DNA of 64,000 nt from Pseudomonadota bacterium (GCA_039028935.1 JBCCHD010000001.1:135181-199180); one strand, 5' to 3'; counted from the stretch's first letter, positions 30,874 through 39,626 are shown. The notes: a model not told the origin generated them from the sequence alone. Numbers and translations: made by a program.

Positions 30874-32316
30874 ATGCGCACGATGAGCTCCGACAACGAA
30901 CAGCTAGAACCGCAGGACGAAACGAGTAGCGATATGCTGCCCGTGGTGGCGTTGGTGGGTCGACCCAATGTCGGTAAGTCCACGCTGTTCAACACGCTTA
31001 CTCGATCGCGTGATGCACTGGTGGCCGACCAACCTGGACTCACCCGCGATCGGCAGTATGGCTTTGGTCGTGTGGGCACCATTCCGTACCTAGTGGTGGA
31101 TACGGGCGGTTTGTCGGGTGATACCGATGGCCTAGATGGATTGATGGCGCAACAGACGCAGCGCGCCATCGAAGAAGCGGACTATGTCCTGTTTATGGTC
31201 GATGGGCGCGATGGCCTGTCGGCTACCGATCATCAGGTGGCGCAGCTGTTGCGCCGACACAATACACCCATGCAGCTTGTGGTGAATAAATCAGAAGGCC
31301 TCGATCCCGATGTGGTCGGCGCCGAATTCTATGCACTGGGCGCCGGCGATCCGGCGTCCATTTCGTCCGCCCATGGGCACAATGTTGCGGCGTTGATGGA
31401 CGAGGTGTTAGCCACGTTTCCAATACCGTCGGAAACCGCCGAAACGCACGGCATCAAGGTGGCGATCATTGGTCGACCAAATGTGGGTAAGTCCACGCTG
31501 GTAAATCGCTTGGTGGGTGAAGAGCGTGTGGTGGCATTTGATCGGCCGGGCACCACGCGCGACAGCGTTTATGTGCCGTTTGAGCGCGATGGTACGCAGT
31601 ACACACTGATCGACACCGCGGGCGTTCGTCGGCGTTCTAAGGTCGACGATGGCATCGAGAAGTTCAGTATTGTCAAAACGCTGCAGGCAATCGACAAAGC
31701 CGATGTAGTGGTGTGCATGCTGGACGCGCGCGAAAGCGTGACCGATCAGGATGTGCGCTTGCTGGGTCTTGCTCTGCATCGTGGGCGCGCTCTCACACTC
31801 GCGATCAATAAATGGGATGGCCTCAGTCCGTATCAGCGTGACACGATACGTCGAGAGCTCGAAGTCAAACTGCCGTTTGCCACATACATCGACAGTCATT
31901 TTATCTCGGCGCTGCATGGCAGTGGCGTCACGGATGTGCTGGCCTCGGTCATCGACTGTCATACGGCTGCTACACGCGAACTGCCCACCGCCGAGCTCAC
32001 GCGGGTGCTCGAAGACTGTGTGCAGTCCCATCCACCGCCTGCGTCGCGTGGTCGACGTCCCAAGCTGCGCTATGCGCATCAGGGTGGACGCAATCCGCAG
32101 ATCATTGTCATCCACGGCAATATGACCAATCACATTGCGGACAGCTACCGACGTTTTTTGGAAAATCGCTTCCGGAAGAACTTCCGACTGCATGGTGCGC
32201 CGGTGAAGATCGAATTTAAAAGCGGTAAGAACCCGTTTGCTGGTCGGCGTAACAAGCTCACCGATCGGCAAAAAAATCGTAAAAAACGTTTACTCAAACA
32301 CGTCAAACGGAAATAG
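30874..32316 (+). CDS. der: ribosome-associated GTPase Der (EngA)
   Basis: Two G domains: GRPNVGKSTLFN and GRPNVGKSTLVN, with DTGG/DTAG and NKSE/NKWD. KH-like C-terminus. The start may instead be ATG 30934 (MLPVVALVGRPN). Confidence 0.93.
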   Translation: MRTMSSDNEQLEPQDETSSDMLPVVALVGRPNVGKSTLFNTLTRSRDALVADQPGLTRDRQYGFGRVGTIPYLVVDTGGLSGDTDGLDGLMAQQTQRAIEEADYVLFMVDGRDGLSATDHQVAQLLRRHNTPMQLVVNKSEGLDPDVVGAEFYALGAGDPASISSAHGHNVAALMDEVLATFPIPSETAETHGIKVAIIGRPNVGKSTLVNRLVGEERVVAFDRPGTTRDSVYVPFERDGTQYTLIDTAGVRRRSKVDDGIEKFSIVKTLQAIDKADVVVCMLDARESVTDQDVRLLGLALHRGRALTLAINKWDGLSPYQRDTIRRELEVKLPFATYIDSHFISALHGSGVTDVLASVIDCHTAATRELPTAELTRVLEDCVQSHPPPASRGRRPKLRYAHQGGRNPQIIVIHGNMTNHIADSYRRFLENRFRKNFRLHGAPVKIEFKSGKNPFAGRRNKLTDRQKNRKKRLLKHVKRK

Positions 32317-33530
32317 TGATGAAGCCACTTGCGACCAACCGAAAGAAGACCTCTCAGCTGGGTTACACGTTTCTTGCCGTTGTGGCGGTGTTGGTGGTCC
32401 TCGGCGCGCTCAATCATGAAAAACTCTCGCGGCTTTACGCGGTGGTGACGCTGTTTGATGAAGACAAAATCGTCAATCATTTTTCCAACATGGATAACGT
32501 AATGCTATCGGCACCGCTGGTGCGCGATGGGCCCACCGACCCGTGGCCTGAGGCACGTGCGCCCATGCCAAATACCTTTGCGTATGACGGTGAGAATTTG
32601 GACGTCGAGGCGTTTTTGACCGACACCGCAACGACGGCGCTGGTGGTGATAAGCGACGGCGCCATTGTGCATGAACAGTATCGGCTCGGCACACAGCAGC
32701 AAGATCAGCGTATTTCGTGGTCCATGGCGAAGTCGTTTTTATCGGCGGTGCTGGGCATCGCGGTGGCCGAAGGGCAAATCGAATCACTGCGCGATCCTGT
32801 CGATAAGTATGTGCCGGCGCTTGGCGATTCGGCGTATGCCGGCGTGGCACTTGAAGACGTGCTGCACATGTCGAGCGGCATTCGTTTTAATGAAGACTAT
32901 TTCGATTTCAATAGTGACATCAATAAGATGGGCCGCGTTCTGGCGTTGGGCACCTCGATGGACGACTTCGCGATCAGTATGAACGAGCGCGATCGTGATG
33001 CCGGCACGCAGTGGCACTATGTGTCCATTGATACGCATGTGCTCGCCATGGTGTTGCGTGCGGCCACCGGCACTACGCTGACCGACTATCTATCCCGCCG
33101 TCTGTGGCAACCGTTGCGCACCGACGGTGACGGCTATTATCTGACCGATGGCGAGGGCGTGGCGTTTGCGCTGGGTGGGCTCAACATGCAGACGCGAGAC
33201 TACGCGCGGTTTGGTCAGCTTTTTCTAAATAACGGCAGCTGGAACGGTGAGCAGGTCATTCCGGCCGATTGGACCGAACGGTCAACGCGCAATAGTGCAC
33301 CCGGTATGAAACGCGTTGGTCAAGGCTACGGGTATCAATGGTGGCTGCCGCCCGAGGCAAACGGCGAATTCTATGCCGGAGGTATTTACGGGCAGTACAT
33401 TTACGTGAACCGCGAGAAGGGTGTTGTGGTGGCTAAAAATTCAGCGCACCGTACGTTCAACGCGCCCGGTGTGCGGATGAAGACAATTGCGTTCTTTCGG
33501 TCGCTCGCCGCGCATTACGATACCGAATAA
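32316..33530 (+). CDS. serine hydrolase, beta-lactamase (class C / PBP4*-like) family
   Basis: N-terminal TM/signal anchor. SxxK in ISWSMAKSF. YGYQWW near the C-terminus. Confidence 0.7.
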   Translation: MMKPLATNRKKTSQLGYTFLAVVAVLVVLGALNHEKLSRLYAVVTLFDEDKIVNHFSNMDNVMLSAPLVRDGPTDPWPEARAPMPNTFAYDGENLDVEAFLTDTATTALVVISDGAIVHEQYRLGTQQQDQRISWSMAKSFLSAVLGIAVAEGQIESLRDPVDKYVPALGDSAYAGVALEDVLHMSSGIRFNEDYFDFNSDINKMGRVLALGTSMDDFAISMNERDRDAGTQWHYVSIDTHVLAMVLRAATGTTLTDYLSRRLWQPLRTDGDGYYLTDGEGVAFALGGLNMQTRDYARFGQLFLNNGSWNGEQVIPADWTERSTRNSAPGMKRVGQGYGYQWWLPPEANGEFYAGGIYGQYIYVNREKGVVVAKNSAHRTFNAPGVRMKTIAFFRSLAAHYDTE

Positions 33531-33532
33531 TC

Positions 33533-33985
33533 GTGCCCGATTCGCGCGGATCGGTTGAGCAGCAGACGTATTCGACGACCTGTCGATGCGAGTGTGTTCG
33601 AATCGATTTTCGCTTGCCCAAGCCTATTGGCGGCTATGAGCCCCGTCGCTGTGACTGTGCGTTCTGTACCGCCAGGCAAATCGCTTACTTGTCCGATAAA
33701 GACGGTGTGCTGATCGTGAAAAGTAGGCAGCCCATGCGGCCAGTACGGCAGGGGTCGGAGCAAGCGGTATTTTGGGCGTGTCCCGTCTGTAACGAGATTG
33801 TGGCGGTTACCCACCAAGACGGCGGCACCCTGCGGGGCGCCGCTAATGCCGCGCTTTTTGCTAACCACCACACGATGAAGGCGCCGATTACTGTATCCCC
33901 CAAATTACTGTCTCCCGAGGAAAAGCGTGATCGCTGGGTCGAGATTTGGGCAAGCGTCGAGTTCGCCACGGGGTCGGCCGAGTAG
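33533..33985 (+). CDS. small Cys-rich protein, possibly GFA/CENP-V (aldehyde-activating) fold
   Basis: Cys pattern CRCEC...CDCAFC...CPVC resembles the GFA zinc sites. GTG start. No further support. Confidence 0.35.
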   Translation: MPDSRGSVEQQTYSTTCRCECVRIDFRLPKPIGGYEPRRCDCAFCTARQIAYLSDKDGVLIVKSRQPMRPVRQGSEQAVFWACPVCNEIVAVTHQDGGTLRGAANAALFANHHTMKAPITVSPKLLSPEEKRDRWVEIWASVEFATGSAE

Positions 33986-34101
33986 CGGGTGGTCGATGAG
34001 CGTAATCGCGATGATCCAACGATGGTGCCCAACGCGTTCAATCTGCGCCAATAAACCGCCACAAACAGGACTTTCGGCCCAGCGTCTGGACGACGACTAA
34101 C

Positions 34102-34137
34102 GGTGTCAGGTCTGCTACGCAGAGCAAACCTGACACC
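34102..34137 (-). terminator. stem-loop 12 nt after the stop of the 1801-aa gene (no clear U-tract)
   Basis: 10-bp stem ggtgtcaggt / acctgacacc around a 16-nt loop. Confidence 0.4.
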
Positions 34138-34148
34138 TGTCGTGTCGC

Positions 34149-37100
34149 TTAAAGGGTGTTGCAGTTGGCGAGTGAGCTGGGTCCCGGTGCGCCGAAGATG
34201 CTGTTGACCATGACCGGGTAGTCGAGGAAGTTGACCACACCGTCGCCGTTGAAGTCATGCAACGGGTCCGTGCTTTGGAACGCTCCGCCAAACAGCGCGA
34301 CATCCAAGAAATTCACTTCGCAGTCGTTGTTCGTGTCGGCGTCGCAGCGATTGCCAAAGCCATCGCCATCGGTGTCGAGCTGCGATGGGTTTGCCACATT
34401 GATGCAGTTGTCGTTGTTGTCTGTGAGACCGTCGGCGTCGCTGTCTACGGTGTCGTTGGGCAACGCATTCAGCTCATTGAGGTAGGCGCTGATCAACTGC
34501 GCACCAGCTGGATCAATGTCGAGCGTGGCGTGTGCGATGACCGCGTCGGTCAGATTGGCCGCCGAACCATCGTGAAGATACGGCGCCGACTGCCATAAGC
34601 CGTTCAGCGTGGGAGTGTCGATCGCGGCAAGTGTGCCACCCAGGCGGCCGCCGGATGCCGCGGTGATGGTGCCGATGTCGTGGGCACCACCGGTCGGTGA
34701 GTCCGTCGTCACCGTGCCGGCATGACAGGTTGCGCACCCCTGCTGAAGGAACAACGCTCGGCCCGCAATGGCGTCGGTGCTGAACGATTCGTCCGGTGCA
34801 CGAATGGGGTTCATGGGTGTGCTGGCCAGCGAGTTGAGATACGCGGCGAGCGCATCGAGATCGGCGCTGAGTCCTGCTTTGGGATCGCCCAGCGGTTGGC
34901 TCACGCTGCCGGCGAAATAATCGGCGTCGGCCATTAGACCGCTGCCGCCGGCAAAGTCGCGAATCTGCCCTTCGAAGTCTTGTACCTCGTCGAAGTTATT
35001 GCTCCAGTGTAAACCGCCGTGGGCCATGCCACCTTTGCCGATGAGCGAGATAGTGTTACGCAGGCCTTCGCCGAACTGAGTGAAGTCCCATACGCGGCCG
35101 TCGTCGTCGCCTTCGTTATGACACGATGCACAGCTCATGTAGTCGCTCGCGGCGAGCCGGTCGTCGAGCGCATCCGTAAAGAGCTGCTTGCCGAGCAAAA
35201 CGTTTGCCGATAACGCTTCGCTATTCACCATCGTGGTTGTCTGCAACTCGGTCGCGGCAAACGACACATCTTGCGAGATGGACGACACGTCGATGACGCT
35301 GACGCTGCGGTCCATAAAATTATGCGCATAGAGTCGATTACCATCAGCGGAAAGCACCACACTTTGCGGCGCACGACCCACATCCAGCCGCAACAGTTGT
35401 CCGCCATTGGACAGATCAATGACCGCCACGTGTCGGCTGGTCTCCAGTGCCACGAATAGTTTTTCACCATAGGCACCAATGACTGCACCCGTGGCCACAC
35501 TCGAGTTGTCGTGATCGATTCGCGCGGTGAGTAGCTCGGCGCTGTTGATTAGGTTTACTTGAGACGTCACGGCGCGCACGGTGTGGTCAAAATCGAGTGT
35601 GCTGCCGTCTCGGGCGGTGCCGCCTAGAATATTGTCTTGCTTGGACGGCACATAGGCCATCATGCCGTCGGGCGCGATGACCGGTGCGTTGAGATAATTG
35701 GGAATGCCCGGTCCTTGTGTTTCTGAGGCCACGACGTTGCGATGTTGAAGCCGAATCTCGCCTTCTGGTTGAAGCGTATTGGCGTTGACGCGACGTATCA
35801 GGCCGCCGTCGGTCGCCTGCGGTGTGACGAGCGTTGTGGACTCACCGGTTAACTGTGGCGTGATGAATTGCGTCACGAGCAGTTGCGCGCCGTCAGCCGT
35901 GATCGCAAGGTGTCGAGGTCGATAGCCAAGCGGCGCCATGCCGTTGATGTTTGCGGTGGCAACGTCGATACGCAATAACTCCGCGCTTGCCTCCAGCACC
36001 ACATAGGCGCTGCCGCCGCCGGGAGCGATGACAATACCATGCGGCGCGGAGCCGCGCGGTAAAAGCACGCTGCGTGTTACGTTGCGCGTGGCCACATCGA
36101 TGATGCTAATTGAGTCGTCGGCTTTGTTACTCACCCATACCTCATTTGTGCTGTCGCTATAGGTCAGTCCCCACGGTTTTGCCCCGACGTCGATCTCGTC
36201 GATTTGCACGCCTGCCGCTGACAGCACGCCCACCGTGTCGTTGTCCGGATTGACATTCCATAGGTTGGCGTCGACCGCGTTGCCCAGCCGAATGAGCGTA
36301 GAGGAACTCACCGCACGCGGGGCGAGCGAAATATTGTCGCCAATGCCGTCGCCGTTGCTGTCACTGGATTCGCGTGGGTTACTGGCGAAGACGTCGCCAT
36401 TGTCTCCGACGCCGTCACCATCGCTGTCCGCCGATTCATTGGGATCGCTGGGGAACGCGTCGCTGTTGTCGCCCACGCCATCAAGATCACTGTCCAGCCA
36501 TTCGGTATTGTCGTTGGGGAACGCGTCGATACTGTCCGCGTAGCCATCGCCATCGGAGTCAACCGGGCCGAGTCCATCAAGGGCTTGCAGGAGCGCGAAG
36601 GCGTTGGAAAATTCGGCGTGCAGACCTTCGGCGATAAATAGCTCAAGCGACGCGCCGCCGCCATTCTCAAAAAAGATGAGTTCGATGTCATGTACGCCCA
36701 CCCCTAGGTTGACCGAACCGAAGTTGTCGACGGGCGGATGGGTGAGGTTGTCTTCTATGAGCGTTTGACCGTTCACACGCAGTCGCACACCGTCATCAGA
36801 GTTAGTACCAAACGTGTAGTCGCCGTCTTTGACAATACTGATCTGTCCGGTAACGCGTACCGCGAGGGTATCGAGGTAGGGAAATAGCACGTTGTTGCCA
36901 AAATGACCGGTGCCACCTAAGCCATCCCAATAGTCGACGGTTGCAGTCGACTGGAACTCAGCCGCCACGCCGCCGCTATTGAGCAATGCTTCGGTAATTG
37001 CCAGTGTGTTGACCGCGTCGTCCGAGTCGACAAACAGCACATTGAACGTGCCATCACCGGCGTTGCCGAGTTCACCGTTAACCGGCTGCAGTAGTTCAAA

Positions 37101-39554
37101 CGCGTCTGAAAACGCGGTGAGCGAACCAGGTGCTAAGAACAACTCGAGCGTGGCGCCGCCGCCATTCTCAAAGTACACCAGCTCAATTTCATGAATGCCG
37201 GGGTCCAAATCGATAGTCCCGAAGCGGTTCGCTGGACCATGTAGCGCATCGTCTACGATTACGTCCTGGCCGTTCACACGTAGACGTAAGCCGTCATCAG
37301 AGTTAGTGCCAAAGGTGTACGTGCCCGCCGTGTAAATACCAAAACGACCGGTCACTCGTGTCACAAACGTATTGAGATACGGAAACACATCGTCATTGGT
37401 GAAGTTGCCGGTGCCGCCCTGATTGTCGACAATATTGACTTGTGGCAATGCTTGAAACTGAGCGTTCACACCACCGCTTGCGAGCAGCGCATCGGAGTCG
37501 GCGAGCGAAGTGACCGCGCTATCCGAATCGACAAATAGAAAATTGAATGTCGGCGTGTTGTCCGCACGCGGCAGAAGATGTGCGTTGGCCCAGTCAGCAT
37601 GGTCGCAGTTGATGTTGTCACCGCCGTCATTCACGCGCAGCGACAATGTGCTCACGCCGGCAATGCCCAAGTCCACGTCGACCGCGCCGCTTTGGTAGTC
37701 AAGCACTGGACTGGTGTAGAGCGGCAAATCATCACCAAACACGCTGAATTGTACGCTGCCGCACGCGGTGTCGACCACTTCGTCATCCACACCGAGCGTT
37801 GATTTAAAGCGGCTATAGTCGCCCGCGACATCGATGTCGATTTGCGACACTGCGTGCACACCCACACCTTTTGCGTAGGTGGTACCGCGAATGCTCAGTG
37901 TTGTGCCATCGCCTGCGGCCGTCTCGCCGTTGCTCATGTCGCGTTCGGCGGGGCCCCATCCGTTAACTTCGTTTTCCCACGCGAGATCCGAGATATAGAT
38001 CTCATCACCGGTGGGCACATCGGGCGGGCGCTGTACCTGCAAAATGTGGCCGACGGAAGGCGCCCCATTGGCGCCGATCGCGAACATCCAGTAATAGCCC
38101 GGCACCACGACATTGGGATTGGGGTTAAGCGAAAGTTCATACGTGCCGGCGCCCGTTGCCGTGAAGTCGATCGGAATAAAACGCTGGTCCGTGTTGATGG
38201 CGTGCGTTGTTGCCGACAGGCGCACCATGGAAAATTTCGTGACCCCGTCGCTGGCCGAAACGTTCAATACGTCGCCGGCGCGTGCGGTGGACGCCGCCGC
38301 TGTGATTTGTGGTCGGGTCGCGTTCGAGCCGTCTGCGTTAAATAAGTACGGTGGCGAAAAAATTTGTCCGTCAAGATGATTGGCGCTACAGCCACCACAG
38401 GCGCCACCACCGGCGGCCAATACGCGACCGTCACGCAGCAGCAGACCAATCGAATGGTAGTTGCGTGGCACGGTCATGCTCGCGAGCACTTCCCATTCAT
38501 CCAGATCGGGCTTGTAGAGCTCCGCCGCAAACACACTCGCGTCATCATTAAACAGTCGACCGTCGGTGTTGCCGCCCACCACCAATACGTCGCCCGTCGG
38601 CAGCATCACCGTGTTGGAGTTGGCGCGGCCCGTGTTGATCGGTGCTGCATTCGTCACGACCGGTGCAGGTCCATTCAAGTCGACCAGATAAACATCGTTT
38701 GTCACCGCCGGGTTGGTCGTGCGGTCATAGCCGCCCACTAAGATGACTTTACCGACATCGTACGTGGTGACATTACCGAACATGCGGGTGCGTGTGCCGG
38801 TTGGCTGACCCAAATCGGTCACCCCGCCTGAACCATACGGATCAAACTCATGCCATGTGGGCGTCGGGCCCCCATGAAACACATTGCCATTTGGGCCCAC
38901 GGCCATCTGCGCCCACCATTGCATATTGGCGGCACTGTTGACGACCGGTTCGCCATTGGCGGCGTTTTGCTCGTTGAGTAAGTCGATCATGGTCGCGCCG
39001 GGTGTGAGCGTCCAGGTGTTTGAGGCGGGCGAGAACCGTTCCGACGAATCGCCGGCGGTATTGGCGAAGGTGGAGAAAATGGTGTTGTTGGGCAGCGTGA
39101 GATTTGTACCGTACCAGCGTGTGCGGTTCATTGTGGGTAAAGGTGTCCATTCGAGTGCCACCGGATCGAACGCGCTCGTGCGTACGTCATTGGGGTTACC
39201 GCCGGAGGCGACAAATCGGCCATCTTCCAACGTCGACACGCCTGCGCAAAACATGTCGTGGAAATCACTGTCGACATTGGTGAACGTTTCGGTGGTGGGG
39301 TCAAACAACGACGAGTGGGTAAACTCCCGGTTGGCCGGAAACGCGTTCACTTCGGTCGAGGAATAGGACACGATGCGACCGTCGGGCAGGGTGCCCGCGG
39401 TAATCGCGATATGCGGCCAGGCGATCGGGCTGCCCCAGGCACCATCGGTCGCATTGCGTAGTTGGGTTTCCTTGTCGCCATCATCAGCGAACGCGGTCAT
39501 GGACAGAACGCACGCCGCAACGACGGCGCTGGCTAGCACACTTGGCTTGATCAT
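34149..39554 (-). CDS. 1801-aa secreted mosaic protein. Domain order: copper radical oxidase (galactose oxidase/GlxA-like), NPCBM, 2x PA14, TSP3 repeats, beta-propeller, di-haem cytochrome c peroxidase-like module, TSP3/dockerin-like tail
   Basis: Single uninterrupted ORF. Signal peptide MIKPSVLASAVVAACVLSMTAFA. Domain evidence is listed in the sub-features below. Confidence 0.9.
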   Translation of the reverse strand: MIKPSVLASAVVAACVLSMTAFADDGDKETQLRNATDGAWGSPIAWPHIAITAGTLPDGRIVSYSSTEVNAFPANREFTHSSLFDPTTETFTNVDSDFHDMFCAGVSTLEDGRFVASGGNPNDVRTSAFDPVALEWTPLPTMNRTRWYGTNLTLPNNTIFSTFANTAGDSSERFSPASNTWTLTPGATMIDLLNEQNAANGEPVVNSAANMQWWAQMAVGPNGNVFHGGPTPTWHEFDPYGSGGVTDLGQPTGTRTRMFGNVTTYDVGKVILVGGYDRTTNPAVTNDVYLVDLNGPAPVVTNAAPINTGRANSNTVMLPTGDVLVVGGNTDGRLFNDDASVFAAELYKPDLDEWEVLASMTVPRNYHSIGLLLRDGRVLAAGGGACGGCSANHLDGQIFSPPYLFNADGSNATRPQITAAASTARAGDVLNVSASDGVTKFSMVRLSATTHAINTDQRFIPIDFTATGAGTYELSLNPNPNVVVPGYYWMFAIGANGAPSVGHILQVQRPPDVPTGDEIYISDLAWENEVNGWGPAERDMSNGETAAGDGTTLSIRGTTYAKGVGVHAVSQIDIDVAGDYSRFKSTLGVDDEVVDTACGSVQFSVFGDDLPLYTSPVLDYQSGAVDVDLGIAGVSTLSLRVNDGGDNINCDHADWANAHLLPRADNTPTFNFLFVDSDSAVTSLADSDALLASGGVNAQFQALPQVNIVDNQGGTGNFTNDDVFPYLNTFVTRVTGRFGIYTAGTYTFGTNSDDGLRLRVNGQDVIVDDALHGPANRFGTIDLDPGIHEIELVYFENGGGATLELFLAPGSLTAFSDAFELLQPVNGELGNAGDGTFNVLFVDSDDAVNTLAITEALLNSGGVAAEFQSTATVDYWDGLGGTGHFGNNVLFPYLDTLAVRVTGQISIVKDGDYTFGTNSDDGVRLRVNGQTLIEDNLTHPPVDNFGSVNLGVGVHDIELIFFENGGGASLELFIAEGLHAEFSNAFALLQALDGLGPVDSDGDGYADSIDAFPNDNTEWLDSDLDGVGDNSDAFPSDPNESADSDGDGVGDNGDVFASNPRESSDSNGDGIGDNISLAPRAVSSSTLIRLGNAVDANLWNVNPDNDTVGVLSAAGVQIDEIDVGAKPWGLTYSDSTNEVWVSNKADDSISIIDVATRNVTRSVLLPRGSAPHGIVIAPGGGSAYVVLEASAELLRIDVATANINGMAPLGYRPRHLAITADGAQLLVTQFITPQLTGESTTLVTPQATDGGLIRRVNANTLQPEGEIRLQHRNVVASETQGPGIPNYLNAPVIAPDGMMAYVPSKQDNILGGTARDGSTLDFDHTVRAVTSQVNLINSAELLTARIDHDNSSVATGAVIGAYGEKLFVALETSRHVAVIDLSNGGQLLRLDVGRAPQSVVLSADGNRLYAHNFMDRSVSVIDVSSISQDVSFAATELQTTTMVNSEALSANVLLGKQLFTDALDDRLAASDYMSCASCHNEGDDDGRVWDFTQFGEGLRNTISLIGKGGMAHGGLHWSNNFDEVQDFEGQIRDFAGGSGLMADADYFAGSVSQPLGDPKAGLSADLDALAAYLNSLASTPMNPIRAPDESFSTDAIAGRALFLQQGCATCHAGTVTTDSPTGGAHDIGTITAASGGRLGGTLAAIDTPTLNGLWQSAPYLHDGSAANLTDAVIAHATLDIDPAGAQLISAYLNELNALPNDTVDSDADGLTDNNDNCINVANPSQLDTDGDGFGNRCDADTNNDCEVNFLDVALFGGAFQSTDPLHDFNGDGVVNFLDYPVMVNSIFGAPGPSSLANCNTL
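34200..34457 (-). other. C-terminal Cys-containing TSP3 repeats plus dockerin/EF-hand-like tail (aa ~1700-1785)
   Basis: DSDADGLTDNNDNCINVANPSQLDTDGDGFGNRCDADTNNDC, then DFNGDGVVNFLD. Confidence 0.55.
34515..35207 (-). other. domain: di-haem cytochrome c peroxidase / MauG-family module (aa ~1450-1680)
   Basis: LLGKQLFTD...SCASCH (nt 35118-35132), GCATCH (nt 34722-34736) and IDTPTLNGLWQSAPYLHDGSAANLTDAV. Confidence 0.75.
35265..36302 (-). other. domain: YVTN/YncE-like beta-propeller repeats (aa ~1085-1430)
   Basis: Recurrent blades: PWGLTYSDSTNEVWVSNKADDSISIIDVAT, PHGIVIAPGGGSAYVVLEASAELLRIDVAT, PRHLAITADGAQLLV and PQSVVLSADGNRLYAHNFMDRSVSVIDVS. Confidence 0.65.
36333..36563 (-). repeat. thrombospondin type 3-like calcium-binding repeats (aa ~998-1074)
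   Basis: DSDGDGYADSIDAFPNDNTEWLDSDLDGVGDNSDAFPSDPNESADSDGDGVGDNGDVFASNPRESSDSNGDGIGDN. Confidence 0.75.
36579..37550 (-). repeat. tandem duplication of a PA14 domain (aa ~669-824 and ~836-992), period about 167 aa
   Basis: Copy 1: TFNFLFVDSDSAV...YTFGTNSDDGLRLRVNGQDV...IELVYFENGGGATLELF. Copy 2: TFNVLFVDSDDAV...YTFGTNSDDGVRLRVNGQTL...IELIFFENGGGASLELF. Confidence 0.8.
37569..38006 (-). other. domain: NPCBM (NEW2) putative carbohydrate-binding module, aa ~517-662
   Basis: IYISDLAWENEVNGWGPAERDMSNGE...IRGTTYAKGVGVHAVSQIDIDV...GVDDEV...CDHADWANAHL. Confidence 0.75.
38031..39452 (-). other. domain: galactose oxidase / glyoxal oxidase-like kelch propeller plus C-terminal Ig-like (DUF1929) domain, aa ~35-508
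   Basis: DMFCAGVS (Cys103), TRWYGTN (Tyr148), PRNYHSIGLLLRDGRVLAAGGGACGGC (Tyr366/His367) and RLSATTHAINTDQRFIP (His451). These correspond to galactose oxidase Cys228, Tyr272, Tyr495/His496 and His581. Confidence 0.8.
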
Positions 39555-39614
39555 TTTTTAACGCCCGTTTTGTCGCAGAGGCGACATCGCCCGCTGCGGT
39601 GATTCTTTTTATTA

Positions 39615-39626
39615 CTGATTAATCAG
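39615..39626. promoter_or_regulatory. perfect 12-bp palindrome CTGATTAATCAG abutting the -12 element
   Basis: Read directly from the sequence. It overlaps the predicted -12 element and transcription start zone of the sigma-54 candidate. Confidence 0.35.

Noticed and set aside
31408-32271. 287-aa minus-strand ORF inside der. Similar cases: 15549-16121 in tgt, 52293-53012 in guaB, 27416-27982 and 28199-28735 in hisS
   Set aside because: All are antisense to strongly supported housekeeping genes and carry no motifs, so I treat them as shadow ORFs.
36235-36691. Several overlapping alternative-frame ORFs (36235-36543 +, 36308-36691 -, 36374-36637 +)
   Set aside because: They fall in the repetitive Asp/Gly-coding TSP3 region of the 1801-aa gene. 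Repetitive GC-rich codons keep all frames open, so these are artefacts.
38464-38480. Plus-strand TGGCACGGTCATGCT, a sigma-54-like string
   Set aside because: The GG-to-GC spacing is one nucleotide short of canonical. It also lies inside, and antisense to, the oxidase coding region, so it is probably a chance match.
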